A stretch of 64,000 nt of DNA. It comes from Candidatus Latescibacterota bacterium. Lineage in GTDB: Bacteria; Latescibacterota; UBA2968; UBA8231. Numbering within the stretch: position 1 is the first letter of the stretch; every line of letters starts with the position of its first letter. The notes beneath the pieces are model-generated. The model did not search any database. It was given only the letters and a program-made list of their open reading frames with translations, and was not told where the DNA came from. Where the stretch lies: assembly GCA_965223905.1 (NCBI GenBank), contig CBDCXV010000009.1, forward strand, positions 256,001-320,000. Reading direction: 5' to 3'. A program made the translations under genes and the position numbers. Below, in pieces: positions 1 to 9,902 of this stretch.

Positions 1-327
1 AAGCACTGTCGGACCTTGATTGAGGCTGACGCCGAGGCGGGCAAGGCTGTCAAAGAGGCCCAAGCCCGTTTGGATGAGCAGGTGCTGGCCCGCTATGGCG
101 TGCTCACTGAAGTAGAGATCAAGACGCTGGCGGTCGAGGACAAGTGGTTTGCGAGCATCCGGGGCGCAATCGAGGGTGAGGTGCAGCGGCTGACCCAGCA
201 GCTCGCCGGGCGCGTGAAGGAACTGGAAGAGCGCTACGCCCGTCCGCTGCCGGAGTTGGAGCGGGAGGTGGAGGTGTTCGGCGCGAGGGTCGAGGGGCAC
301 TTGAAGCGGATGGGGATTTCGTCGTGA
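1..327 (+). CDS. hsdM: Type I R-M methyltransferase subunit, C-terminal part (runs off window start)
   Basis: C-terminus ...EIKTLAVEDKW...RVKELEERYARPLPELEREV...HLKRMG is typical of HsdM; lies upstream of hsdS and hsdR. Confidence 0.85.
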   Translation, partial: KHCRTLIEADAEAGKAVKEAQARLDEQVLARYGVLTEVEIKTLAVEDKWFASIRGAIEGEVQRLTQQLAGRVKELEERYARPLPELEREVEVFGARVEGHLKRMGISS

Positions 328-430
328 GGGAGAGATTCGTCCCGTTGAGTTCCGTACCTTTAGAAGAAGTGTGGTATGATGACCGGTCGTTGGCTGGCAA
401 CCTGAAGTCGTTCACTTTGGAGGAACAGTA

Positions 431-655
431 ATGGTAGAGCAAATAACCGTGTCAGTTGATTCCGATGTAGCCAAACTCTACCGTTCGGCTTCTGACAATG
501 AGCGTCGCAAACTGGATTTGCTTGTCAATTTGTGTTTGCGTGATGCGACAGAATCCGGGAAATCACTTGGGGACACGATGCTGGAAATCAGCCGCAACGC
601 GCAACGGCGCGGTCTGACTCCGGAGATTTTGCAGTCCATCTTGGCCGACGAATGA
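431..655 (+). CDS. Small putative antitoxin (74 aa)
   Basis: RBS GGAGGA; ends ...AQRRGLTPEILQSILADE; stop overlaps (ATGA) the start of a PIN-toxin remnant. Confidence 0.6.
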   Translation: MVEQITVSVDSDVAKLYRSASDNERRKLDLLVNLCLRDATESGKSLGDTMLEISRNAQRRGLTPEILQSILADE

Positions 656-824
656 CCTGCTTCGTCTTCGATACAAACGTCATCATCAGTGCTTTACTCT
701 TCAACGATTCCGTACCAGGGCGGGCGTTCCTCCAGGCTTTGAATCATGGAATGATTCTGGTTTCCGGGGCATTGTTGGCGTAGAGATTATAACGCCTGCC
801 GAGTTCCTGAAATTGACCGCTTGA
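652..824 (+). pseudogene. PIN-family toxin, internally deleted
   Basis: N-terminus MTCFVFDTNVIISALL joined out of frame to a C-terminus ...FRGIVGVEIITPAEFL; central catalytic part missing. Confidence 0.7.
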
Positions 825-830
825 CCCGCG

Positions 831-911
831 CAAGGTGCCATCGCCGAGGCGTTATCGGATGTGGATGGATTGCTCTCGGCGTTGGAGGAGCTGATCGCCA
901 AGAAGCGGGCC
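831..911 (+). repeat. Degenerate copy of the hsdS central conserved region
   Basis: Encodes QGAIAEALSDVDGLLSALEELIAKKRA; matches hsdS ~2792-2873 (QRAITEALSDVDKLLAALEALIAKKRA) at DNA level. Confidence 0.9.
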
Positions 912-932
912 TGTAGATTGCGGAGCGGTGCG

Positions 933-2186
933 ATGAAACGCGCGGAACTTCTCGAACTGATAGCAGGGGGCGAGAACTCCGGAGTGGAGTTCAAGCGGGA
1001 TGATTTGCGTCCGGAGCAACTGGCGCGGGAGGTGGTGGCGCTCGCCAACTTGCAGGGGGGGCGCGTCCTGCTCGGCGTGGAGGACGACGGCACCGTCACC
1101 GGCATCCAGAGAGACGATCTCGAACAGTGGGTGATGGATTCCGTGTTCGGGCGGGTGGTGCATCCGATGATACTGCCGTTCTACGAGGAAGTTCCGGTAG
1201 ACGATGTACGCCGCGTCGCGGTGGTCACGGTTACGCAAGGTGCCACCAAACCGTACGTCGTCCGGTATCGCGGCAGGGAAGACATCTACATACGGATCGG
1301 CAGCACCTCGCGACTGGCCTCGCGCGAGCAGCAGGCGCGGCTTTTCGCTGCCGGTGGGTTGATTCACACGGAGCTGTTGCCCGTTTCCGGCAGCGGCCTG
1401 TGCGATTTGAGCCGGGAACGGCTGGCGGACTACCTCACCGCAATCGTCGGTGACCGGGAAGTGCCCGAGATCGAGGAGGCGTGGAACGAGCGGCTTTGCG
1501 CGCTGGGTTTCATGGTTGAGCGGGAGGACGGCCCGCCCGCCTGTACGATCGCCGGGTTGATCCTGTTCGGCTATCGGCCGCGTCGCCTGTTGCGCCATGC
1601 CGGTATCCGTTGGATGTGCTTTGAGGGCCGGGAGAAGACCTACGATGCCCTTGACGATCAAGTGATTGAAGGGCCGCTTGTCGATCTTTGGCAGGCGCTG
1701 TCGGGAGGCCGCGAACTGGTGGAAAAAGGGCTGATTGAACGCCTTGCCGATGCAATGCGGCCGTTCGTATCCGAGGAGGCTGGCCAGGTAGGGGAGTCCA
1801 TGCGCCGGGAACGACGCTGGCACTATCCGCTGGAAGCGCTGCGCGAAGGGGTTGTCAACGCCCTGACGCATCGGGACTGGACGCGGTATGAGGAGATTGA
1901 GGTGGTCCGTTATGCGGACCGGATAGAGATACTCAGCCCCGGTGCGCTGCAAAACGGCATGACGGTGGAAAAAATGGTCGCCGGCCAACGGGTTCCCCGC
2001 AATCTGCTCATCTCCGAGACGTTGCGGGACTACAGCTATTCCGATGCACGCGGCATGGGGGTGCGGAACAAGATCATTCCGCTGATGCGGGCGCACAACG
2101 GCGTTGACCCGGAGTTCGAGGCGACGGAGGATTTCTTGCGGTTGACGCTGCGACGAGGCTCGGGGCGAAGGTTGAGTGGGGCCTGA
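933..2186 (+). CDS. Schlafen/AlbA_2 + HATPase_c_4 (RecG-C-like) protein
   Basis: GENSGVEFK, VALANLQGGRVLLGVEDDG, ALREGVVNALTHRDW, IEILSPG; ATG at 933 (the ORF extension from 861 is the hsdS remnant). Confidence 0.85.
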   Translation: MKRAELLELIAGGENSGVEFKRDDLRPEQLAREVVALANLQGGRVLLGVEDDGTVTGIQRDDLEQWVMDSVFGRVVHPMILPFYEEVPVDDVRRVAVVTVTQGATKPYVVRYRGREDIYIRIGSTSRLASREQQARLFAAGGLIHTELLPVSGSGLCDLSRERLADYLTAIVGDREVPEIEEAWNERLCALGFMVEREDGPPACTIAGLILFGYRPRRLLRHAGIRWMCFEGREKTYDALDDQVIEGPLVDLWQALSGGRELVEKGLIERLADAMRPFVSEEAGQVGESMRRERRWHYPLEALREGVVNALTHRDWTRYEEIEVVRYADRIEILSPGALQNGMTVEKMVAGQRVPRNLLISETLRDYSYSDARGMGVRNKIIPLMRAHNGVDPEFEATEDFLRLTLRRGSGRRLSGA

Positions 2187-2208
2187 AGTGGATGGGGATT
2201 TCCTATGA
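2159..2208 (+). repeat. Degenerate copy of the hsdM 3' end
   Basis: ggggcgaaggttgagtggggcctgaagtggatggggatttcctatga vs ggcgcgagggtcgaggggcacttgaagcggatggggatttcgtcgtga at ~280-327. Confidence 0.8.
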
Positions 2209-2303
2209 GTCCAACGTTCGATTTGGGGAGTCGCCCTGCTGGTCCGGAGACGGAGAAATCTGCAACAGGGTCGCGGATTTCCAGCAGCTTTGAGATTCAA
2301 CAA

Positions 2304-3521
2304 ATGAACAACGATCTTGGCGACGGACGCCGTGCGCAATCGGAAGAGGTGCCTGTGGGTTACAAGCGGACAGAAGTGGGGGTGATTCCGGTAAAGTGGA
2401 ACGTAAATAGAATCGACCAAAATACATCCATCAAGACTGGCTCGAAAAATACACAAGACAAGCAGGAGGACGGTGACTACCCGTTCTTTGTACGATCTCA
2501 GGAAGTCGAGCGCATCAGCTCCTATTCGTACGATGGCGAAGCCGTGTTGACAGCGGGTGATGGAGTCGGGACTGGAAAGGTGTTCCACTACATCCACGGT
2601 CGGTTCGACGTACACCAACGTGTTTACCGGATTACCGACTTCTCTGATCGGCTCAATGGCCGCTACTTCTTCTACCAGTTCAGCGCGGGATTCTACAATC
2701 GCATCATGTCCATGACAGCAAAGTCCTCTGTCGACTCCGTTCGGCTGGAGATGATCGCCGGCATGAAGATTCCAATGCCTCCCCTAGGCGAACAACGCGC
2801 CATCACCGAGGCGTTGTCGGATGTGGATAAGTTGCTCGCGGCGTTGGAGGCGCTGATCGCCAAGAAGCGGGCCGTCAAGCAGGCCGCCATGCAGCAACTC
2901 CTCACCGGCAAAACTCGCCTGCCGGGGTTCAGCGGGGCGTGGGAGACGAAGCGGCTTGAGCACATTGTCGATTGTCTCGATCATGTTCGCATACCTTTAA
3001 ATGAAACTCAGCGAGCAGACATGCCGGGTCCCTATCCATATTGCGGTGCCAACGGGGTCCTTGATTACGTGAACGACTTCATTCTTGATGATGACGTGAT
3101 TCTGATTGCTGAGGATGGTGGATACTTTGACGAATATGCCCATCGGCCAATAGCGTATCGTATGTCGGGAAAGATATGGGTGAACAACCATGCACATATC
3201 CTCAAAGCCAAGCGTGGTTATGGTCAGGGGTTCCTGTATTTCTCTCTGGTGCATAAGAATATACTCCCTTACTTGGCTAGCGGAACTCGTGCAAAACTCA
3301 ACAAGTCTGAGATGTATAAAATTGAGATATACCTTCCACTCCATTATGCTGAACAAAAGGCAATCGCCGCCGTTCTCTCCGACATAGATGCCGAGATCGC
3401 CGCGCTGGAACGACGCCGAGACAAAGCTCGCGCCGTCAAACAGGGCATGATGCAGCAGCTTCTTACCGGCCGGGTACGACTGGTCAAAATAACTCGCACC
3501 ACGGAAACCTCGGTATGCTGA
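2304..3521 (+). CDS. hsdS: Type I R-M specificity subunit
   Basis: VPVGYKRTEVGVIP N-terminus; two TRDs each followed by EQxAI..LSD.D...KQ.MQQLLTG conserved helices. Confidence 0.95.
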   Translation: MNNDLGDGRRAQSEEVPVGYKRTEVGVIPVKWNVNRIDQNTSIKTGSKNTQDKQEDGDYPFFVRSQEVERISSYSYDGEAVLTAGDGVGTGKVFHYIHGRFDVHQRVYRITDFSDRLNGRYFFYQFSAGFYNRIMSMTAKSSVDSVRLEMIAGMKIPMPPLGEQRAITEALSDVDKLLAALEALIAKKRAVKQAAMQQLLTGKTRLPGFSGAWETKRLEHIVDCLDHVRIPLNETQRADMPGPYPYCGANGVLDYVNDFILDDDVILIAEDGGYFDEYAHRPIAYRMSGKIWVNNHAHILKAKRGYGQGFLYFSLVHKNILPYLASGTRAKLNKSEMYKIEIYLPLHYAEQKAIAAVLSDIDAEIAALERRRDKARAVKQGMMQQLLTGRVRLVKITRTTETSVC

Positions 3522-4054
3522 ACATCTTTGCCAAGTGTCTTCTGGTATCGACATCCTTGTCACCTGTGTTAGGTGCCGTGGCCATAAATCAGTTGGAGTG
3601 TGGTGAGCCATGGACTAACTGGATTTGGTGGATAGTAGTGGCGTTTTTTCTGGTGGCTCTATGTTGGGGACTGTTGAAATATGCTAAAAAAAATGCCCAG
3701 AAGCACTTACTTTATATCAAGGAATTTCAACGCAGGGATCATGAAATGCTCACGTTCCTGTTTATCTATCTGTTGCCCTTTGTCAGATCAAAGCACTCGA
3801 CGTTTGCTAACGAGTGGATCATGAGTGTGTACATTCTGTCAATCATTATCCTAGCCATTGCTCATGCAGGTGCCTTTCATTTCAATCCAGTCATGCGTCT
3901 TCTATTTGGCTATCGATTTTATGCTGTAAAGGATTGTCATGGGGTATCCAATCTTCTCATTAGCAAGACGGACTTGCGGCGATCTGGAAAAGAAGTCCAA
4001 GTGGTGGGACTCGATTGGAACGTTTATCTATACATAGGAGAGTCAGATGCTTGA
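3515..4054 (+). CDS. kwaA: Kiwa-like membrane protein KwaA
   Basis: 179 aa, about 4 hydrophobic segments, YLLPF and F.FNP...LFGYRFY motifs; overlaps the kwaB-like gene. Confidence 0.7.
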   Translation: MLNIFAKCLLVSTSLSPVLGAVAINQLECGEPWTNWIWWIVVAFFLVALCWGLLKYAKKNAQKHLLYIKEFQRRDHEMLTFLFIYLLPFVRSKHSTFANEWIMSVYILSIIILAIAHAGAFHFNPVMRLLFGYRFYAVKDCHGVSNLLISKTDLRRSGKEVQVVGLDWNVYLYIGESDA

Positions 4055-4982
4055 GAACTTCCATCTTGCGGCGATCATTACACAAGGTACCCAAATGCGC
4101 CTGCTACAGATTCCTCTGCATCAGGCGCTACAGGAGTATCTCGCGGAGAGCTGGCAAACTCAGCTACAGGAGTATCTCGCGGAGAGCCGGAAAACTCAGT
4201 ATGACACATTTGTCGAAGATATACGTGAGGAAGATATACGTGAGATTGATTTCAACATCGGTTACAAATTGGATGAGGGCGAGTGCTTTCGCTTGTCTGA
4301 CTACGAACTGCCTGCCTGGATAGCGGAGGAAAACAGCGAGACCATTCGGAATTTTGATGCGATCGGTACCAATGAGACGTTGATTGATTCCATTAAGGGC
4401 ATGGTGGCATTCGCGCTAAACGACCAAGGAGAGGAGTTGATGCTGTTCCAGAACTTCACCCATTCTCAGGTGATCCGACCGGGCCTATCTCTGTTACTGC
4501 AACACCAGACTTACAAGACCATAGAACACCCAGGGCTGACGCTTGACAGGAAGCTGAGCGCCGTGTATTTGCCTACTGAAGGTAAGTTGCTGTTTCGTAG
4601 CTTCCGCACCGTCAATACCTTCCTACCGCTCGCGGACTTCTATAAAGAAGCATCGGAACAAGAGATTCGAGAAGTGCTGGGGCACGAACTGCTGGCACCA
4701 CAAGACGCGGACGCCCTGGCGGTGGGAGCCAATCAATGGTTCCGTAAGCGGTTCGCTATGCTCAGGGATTCACGTGTGCTCGATCAGTATTCTGCGAGAC
4801 AAATTCAGGAGCGTTCCAACGGATACGACGTTGAGATTCACATCTCACAAGACAAGATTGTCTTCCCAGCTGATAAGCCTACGGCGAAAAAAGTCCTGCA
4901 ATTTCTCAACGAAGAGATATTTCGAGGCGCTATCACGGAAACGCTCTATGAGACCAATTCTAAACGCGAAGCCGATAAATGA
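4047..4982 (+). CDS. kwaB: Kiwa-like protein KwaB (DUF4868-like)
   Basis: LFQNFTHSQVI, GLTLDRKLSAVY, LLFRSF, FYKEASEQEI, VLQFLNEEIFRG..T...YETNSKR; paired with an upstream membrane gene. Confidence 0.75.
   Translation: MLENFHLAAIITQGTQMRLLQIPLHQALQEYLAESWQTQLQEYLAESRKTQYDTFVEDIREEDIREIDFNIGYKLDEGECFRLSDYELPAWIAEENSETIRNFDAIGTNETLIDSIKGMVAFALNDQGEELMLFQNFTHSQVIRPGLSLLLQHQTYKTIEHPGLTLDRKLSAVYLPTEGKLLFRSFRTVNTFLPLADFYKEASEQEIREVLGHELLAPQDADALAVGANQWFRKRFAMLRDSRVLDQYSARQIQERSNGYDVEIHISQDKIVFPADKPTAKKVLQFLNEEIFRGAITETLYETNSKREADK
4127..4244 (+). repeat. In-frame tandem duplications in kwaB (36 bp x2 and 15 bp x2)
   Basis: gctacaggagtatctcgcggagagc(t/c)gg(c/a)aaactca at 4127-4162 and 4163-4198; gaagatatacgtgag at 4215-4229 and 4230-4244. 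Confidence 0.95.
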
Positions 4983-4986
4983 ACCG

Positions 4987-5118
4987 ATGTGGGACCAGCG
5001 GTGGGGCAAGCTGTTTGCGCAACCCGAGTCGGAGGATTTGCTAAAGTGGCTGACCGATGAGACCTTGGCAGCCCACCGGGCAGGGAGAACTCAGCCCGTC
5101 AATATGGAAGAGTTGTAG
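4987..5118 (+). pseudogene. 5'-truncated copy of the antitoxin at 10835-11059
   Basis: DQRWGKLFAQPESEDLLKWLTDETLAAHRAGRTQPVNMEEL vs DQRWAALFARPESEDLLERLADETLAAHRAGQTRPVKIEDL. Confidence 0.85.
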
Positions 5119-5158
5119 ATGTGGGCTCCTCCGCACAATCCCCGACTGGGGTGGTGTC

Positions 5159-5241
5159 CGGGACAAAACCGCCACCCTCAGCAGGGCATGATGCCGCAGC
5201 TTCTCACCGGCTGGATGGGGCTGCTCGAACCGGGGCTCTGA
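5159..5241 (+). repeat. Degenerate copy of the hsdS 3' end
   Basis: RDKT...QGMMPQLLTGWMGL vs hsdS RDKARAVKQGMMQQLLTGRVRL (~3417-3485). Confidence 0.85.
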
Positions 5242-5254
5242 CAGAGACGACGAC

Positions 5255-6753
5255 ATGAGTGAGAACCAGAACGTCGAATGGAAAGAGACGTGGCGGGACG
5301 AATACCTGAAGTGGATCTGCGGCTTCGCCAACGCGCAGGGCGGCGTCTTGGAAATCGGCAAGAACAACCGGGGTGAGGTGGTCGGCGTGAGGAACGTTCT
5401 CCGACTGCTCGAAGAGATTCCCAACAAGGCGCAGGCATTGCTCGGCGTCGTGGTGGACGTGAACCTGAGTCGGAAGACGGCGGGGAATACCTGGAAATCG
5501 CCGTTGATCCCTACCCGAATCCGATCAGCTACAAGGGCGAATTCCACTATCGAAGCGGCAGCACCAGGCAGGTTCTCAGGGGCGCGGCACTCAGCCGCTT
5601 CCTGTTGCAGAAATACGGCCGAACGTGGGACGATGTGCCCCTGCCGGGGGTCGGCCTCAAGGATCTGGACGGTCGCGTCTTCGATGGGTTTCGCCAGCGG
5701 GGTGCCGGCAGCGAACGCTTGCCGCAGGACATTCTGGACGAATCCGATGAAGAGGTGATCGAAAGGCTTCAGTTGCGAGAAGCCGGTTTCCTGAAACGCG
5801 CCGCGGTACTGCTCTTTCATCCGGCACCGGACCGGTTCGTGATGGAAGCCTATGTGAAGATCGGCTATTTCCGCGGTTCGGAGCTGCTGTATCAGGATGT
5901 TGTCGAAGGCGATCTGTTCACCCAGGTCGATCGGACGATGGACTTGCTGTACACGAAGTACACGAAAGCATTGATCTCCTACGACGGCGTTTACCGCGTG
6001 GAGACCTTCCCCGTGCCGCGCGAAGCCATGCGCGAAGCGGTGATCAACGCCATCATCCACCGCGACTACGCCAGCCCCACCACGATTCAGATTCGCGTGT
6101 ACGACGACCGGATCGCGATCTGGAATGCGGTGCAGTTGCCGCCTGAATGGACCGCCGATCAGCTTGCCGGGGAACTTTCGTCGAAGCCGTACAACCCGCG
6201 AATCGCCTATGCCTTCTTCCGAGCTGGAATGATCGAAGCCTGGGGACGGGGCATCCGGCGGATCGTGGACATGTGCCGGGAGGCTGGCAACCCCACACCA
6301 GAGTGGAAGCTGGAATCGAGTGGCGATGGTTTGTGGTTGAGGTTCCCGTTCTCCGCCGCGTACCGGGCAGCCGATTCCCCAGCAAGCAGCGCCCCTGCCC
6401 CGAAAACTACCCGGAAAGCCGGGGTCTCTGGAGTTGAAGCCGGGGACCAGTCAGAGTCGCAGCCAGACTGGGGTCGGGTCGGCGGGGTGCAAGTCGAAGT
6501 GCAGGCCCAAGATAAAACTAGGGAGAAAACTAGGGAGAAAACGGAGGAAACCAGGGAGAAAACCAGGGAGAAAATCTTGAACCTGATTGCCGTTGACCCC
6601 TCAATCACCACGACGGAACTGGCGAACCGACTTGGGATCACGCGAAAGGGAATCCAGTGGCAGATCGGCAAGCTGAAGAAAATGGGCGTCTTGGAACGGA
6701 TCGGGCCCGCCAAGGGCGGCCATTGGAAAATAGTGGAAACGGTGGATGAGTAA
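5255..6753 (+). pseudogene. Schlafen/AlbA_2 + HATPase_c_4 + wHTH protein with one frameshift near 5467
   Basis: ENQNVEWK...ICGFANAQGG in ORF 5255; continues in another frame (YPNPISYKGEFHYRSGS...AMREAVINAIIHRDY...C-terminal HTH); true pseudogene or sequencing indel. Confidence 0.8.
6514..6573 (+). repeat. 12-bp coding tandem repeat (KTRE)
   Basis: aaaac(t/c)agggag units encoding KTREKTREKTEETREKTREK just before the HTH. Confidence 0.9.
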
Positions 6754-9700
6754 CGTCGGCCAGAGGGAATTCCACGCGCAACAGCGGGTGGTCGAGTTCT
6801 TCCGGGACTCCCTTCGCTACGCCTATCTCGGCCGCTGGCAGGACCGAGATATCAACCGCAACGTCGAAAAAGGCCACCTCACCCGCTGGCTGAAACGCCA
6901 GGGTCACGGCGACGAGATCATCGAAAAGGCGCTGTACGAGCTGGACAAGGCCGCGGCCCTCGGAGGCAGCAAGACGCTCTACGAGGCCAACCGCGAAGTC
7001 TACGGCCTTCTGCGCTACGGTGTGAAGGTGCAGCCCGGCGTCGGCGAGCAGTTCGTCACGGTGTCGCTTATCGACTGGACGGATCCCCGCAATAACGACT
7101 TCGGCATTGCCCAGGAGGTGACCGTCTTCGGGGAGAACAACCGCCGCCCCGACCTCGTGCTCTACGTCAACGGCATCGCTTTGGGAGTGCTGGAGCTGAA
7201 GCGCTCCACGGTATCGGTTGCCGAGGGCATCCGCCAGAACCTCGACAGCCAGAAGAAGGAGTTCATCCAGCCGTTTTTCGCCACGGTGCAGTTCCTGATG
7301 GCGGGCAATGAAACCGAGGGGTTGCGCTACGCCGTCATCGGGACCCCGGAGAAGCACTGGCTGCGCTGGAAGGAAACCGAAGTCGACCCGGACGCCGGGG
7401 ACAGCCCGCTGCTCCGGGAGCTGGGGCAGCTCTGCAAGAAAGAGCGGCTGCTGGAGATCATCCACGATTTTCTGGTCTTCGACTCCGGCGACAAGAAGAT
7501 CTGCCGCCACAACCAGTACTTCGGCGTGAAGGCGGCGCAGGAGCGCGTGAAGCGGCGGGAGGGCGGTATCATCTGGCACACCCAGGGGAGCGGAAAGAGC
7601 CTGACCATGGTCTGGCTGGCCAAATGGATTCGCGAGCATGTCACCGACCCCCGGGTTCTTCTCATCACCGACCGCACCGAGCTGGACGAGCAGATCGAGG
7701 CGGTTTTCAAGGGGGTCAGCGAGGACATCCACCGCACAAGCAGCGGTGCCGATCTGGTGCGTGTGCTCAACAGCCCGGACGAGTGGCTGATCGGCTCGCT
7801 GATCCACAAGTTCGGCGCCTCCGAGGAGATCAGCGAAAAGGACATCGAGGCCTACGTCGACGAGATCGGGAAGAATCTGCCCAGGGGTTTCCACCCGAAG
7901 GGCGAGATCTTCGTCTTCGTGGACGAGTGCCACCGCACCCAGTCCGGCAAGCTCCACGAGGCCATGAAGGCGCTGCTGCCGGGGGCCATGCTGATCGGCT
8001 TCACCGGGACGCCGCTGCTCAAGGAGGACAAGAAGCGGAGCATCGAGACCTTCGGGACCTACATCCACACCTACAAGTACGACGAGGCGGTGAGCGACGG
8101 CGTGGTGCTGGACCTGCGCTACGAGGCGCGCGACATCGACCAGAGCATCGCCTCGCAGGACAGGATCGATCAGTGGTTCGACCTCAAGACCCGTGGGCTG
8201 ACCGACGTGGCAAAGGCCCAGCTCAAGCAGCGTTGGGGCACGATGCGAAGAGTCCTGAGTTCGCGTGAACGGCTGGAGAAGATCGTGGCCGACATCCTGT
8301 TCGACATGGAGACTCGGGACCGCCTCGAGAGCGGCCGCGGCAACGCCTTGCTCGTATCCGACAGCATTTACTCGGCCTGCCGTTTTTTCGAGAGGTTTCA
8401 GGAGCACGGTCTGGCCGGCAGATGCGCCATCGTCACCTCGTACAGGCCGGCCACGAGGGACACCAAGGGAGAGGAGACCGGCGAGGGGCTCACCGAAAAG
8501 CTGCTGCAGTACGAAGCCTACCGGAAGATGCTCGCGGCGCACTTCAACGAGCCGGAAGAAAAGGCGATGCGCAAGGTCGAGACCTTCGAAAAGGAGGTGA
8601 AGAGGCGCTTCATCGACGAGCCGGGGCAGATGAAGCTCCTGATCGTCGTCGACAAGCTGCTGACCGGTTTCGACGCGCCTTCGGCGACCTATCTCTACAT
8701 CGACAAGCACATGCAGGACCACGGCCTGTTTCAGGCCATCTGCCGTGTCAACCGCCTCGACGGGGAAGACAAGGAATACGGCTACATCATCGACTACAAG
8801 GACCTGTTCCGGTCGCTCGAGAAGTCAATCGAGGATTACACCGGCGAGGCATTCGAAGGCTATGACAAGGAGGACGTGGAGGGCCTGCTGAAGGACCGGC
8901 TGAAGCAGGGCCGGGAACGGTTGGAGGAGGCGCGGGAGGCGGTCAAGGGGCTGTGCGAGCCCGTCGAGCCCCCGCGCGACACCGCAGCCTATCTGCGCTT
9001 CTTCTGCGCGGCCGAAAGCGGTAACACCGAACAACTCAAGGAGAACGAACCCAAGAGAGTGGCGTTGTACAAGCTGGCCGCAGCTTTCCTGCGAGCCTAT
9101 GCCAACCTGGCCAACGAGATGTGCGAGGCCGGCTATTCGGACGCCGAGGCGCGGGAGATCAAGGCCGAGGTGGACCACTACGAGAAGGTGCGCCAGGAGG
9201 TCAAGCTGGCCAGCGGCGACTACATCGACCTCAAGCTGTACGAGCCGGCCATGCGGCACCTGCTCGACACCTACATCCGGGCGGAGGAGAGCGAGAAGGT
9301 CTCCGCTTTCGACGACCTGACGCTGGTGCAGCTGATCGTCGAGCGTGGAGAAAAGGCGGTGGACGAGCTGCCCGAGGGTATCCGCAGGCACCCCGAGGCG
9401 GTTGCCGAGACGATCGAGAACAACGTCAGGCGGCTGATCATAGACGAGATGGAGGTCAATCCCAGGTACTACGAAAAGATGTCGGAACTGCTCGACGACC
9501 TGATCCGGCAGCGCCGGCAGGAGGCGATGGACTACAAGGCTTACCTGAAGAGGATCATCGAGCTGACCAGGAATGTCGGCAGGCCGGAGGCTGAGCAGTC
9601 CTATCCTGCGGCCATCAACACCGCCGCCCTGAGGTCGCTCTTCGACAACCTGGAGGAAGCGCATGCCTGGGCGTGGCGAGAAAAGGCATCGAAGGACTAC

Positions 9701-9901
9701 GGCACCGGGACGGATGTTGATGCCAGGGAGGCGCTGGCGCTGGCCCTTGATAGCGCTATTCGCTTGGTGAAGAAGGCGGACTGGCGTGGAAACCGATTCA
9801 AGGAGCGGGAGGTCCGCATCGCCATCAGGTCGGAAGTCGACGGCGACGAGGCCTTTACGGAGAAGATATTCGAGCTCGTAAAGAACCAACGGGAGTACTG
9901 A
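6746..9901 (+). CDS. hsdR: Type I R-M restriction subunit
   Basis: Nuclease motif RPDLVLYVNG..LGVLELK, Walker A WHTQGSGKS, DECH box, FTGTP, LLTGFDAP, QAICRVNR. Confidence 0.97.
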   Translation: MSNVGQREFHAQQRVVEFFRDSLRYAYLGRWQDRDINRNVEKGHLTRWLKRQGHGDEIIEKALYELDKAAALGGSKTLYEANREVYGLLRYGVKVQPGVGEQFVTVSLIDWTDPRNNDFGIAQEVTVFGENNRRPDLVLYVNGIALGVLELKRSTVSVAEGIRQNLDSQKKEFIQPFFATVQFLMAGNETEGLRYAVIGTPEKHWLRWKETEVDPDAGDSPLLRELGQLCKKERLLEIIHDFLVFDSGDKKICRHNQYFGVKAAQERVKRREGGIIWHTQGSGKSLTMVWLAKWIREHVTDPRVLLITDRTELDEQIEAVFKGVSEDIHRTSSGADLVRVLNSPDEWLIGSLIHKFGASEEISEKDIEAYVDEIGKNLPRGFHPKGEIFVFVDECHRTQSGKLHEAMKALLPGAMLIGFTGTPLLKEDKKRSIETFGTYIHTYKYDEAVSDGVVLDLRYEARDIDQSIASQDRIDQWFDLKTRGLTDVAKAQLKQRWGTMRRVLSSRERLEKIVADILFDMETRDRLESGRGNALLVSDSIYSACRFFERFQEHGLAGRCAIVTSYRPATRDTKGEETGEGLTEKLLQYEAYRKMLAAHFNEPEEKAMRKVETFEKEVKRRFIDEPGQMKLLIVVDKLLTGFDAPSATYLYIDKHMQDHGLFQAICRVNRLDGEDKEYGYIIDYKDLFRSLEKSIEDYTGEAFEGYDKEDVEGLLKDRLKQGRERLEEAREAVKGLCEPVEPPRDTAAYLRFFCAAESGNTEQLKENEPKRVALYKLAAAFLRAYANLANEMCEAGYSDAEAREIKAEVDHYEKVRQEVKLASGDYIDLKLYEPAMRHLLDTYIRAEESEKVSAFDDLTLVQLIVERGEKAVDELPEGIRRHPEAVAETIENNVRRLIIDEMEVNPRYYEKMSELLDDLIRQRRQEAMDYKAYLKRIIELTRNVGRPEAEQSYPAAINTAALRSLFDNLEEAHAWAWREKASKDYGTGTDVDAREALALALDSAIRLVKKADWRGNRFKEREVRIAIRSEVDGDEAFTEKIFELVKNQREY

Positions 9902-9902
9902 C

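Noticed and set aside
861-932. N-terminal extension of the 441-aa ORF suggesting an HsdS-AlbA_2 fusion
   Set aside because: It is the hsdS remnant in frame by chance; a better ATG with a GGAG RBS lies at 933.
6638-9889. Long antisense ORFs opposite hsdR and other GC-rich genes
   Set aside because: Shadow ORFs expected from high-GC codon bias; no recognisable motifs.
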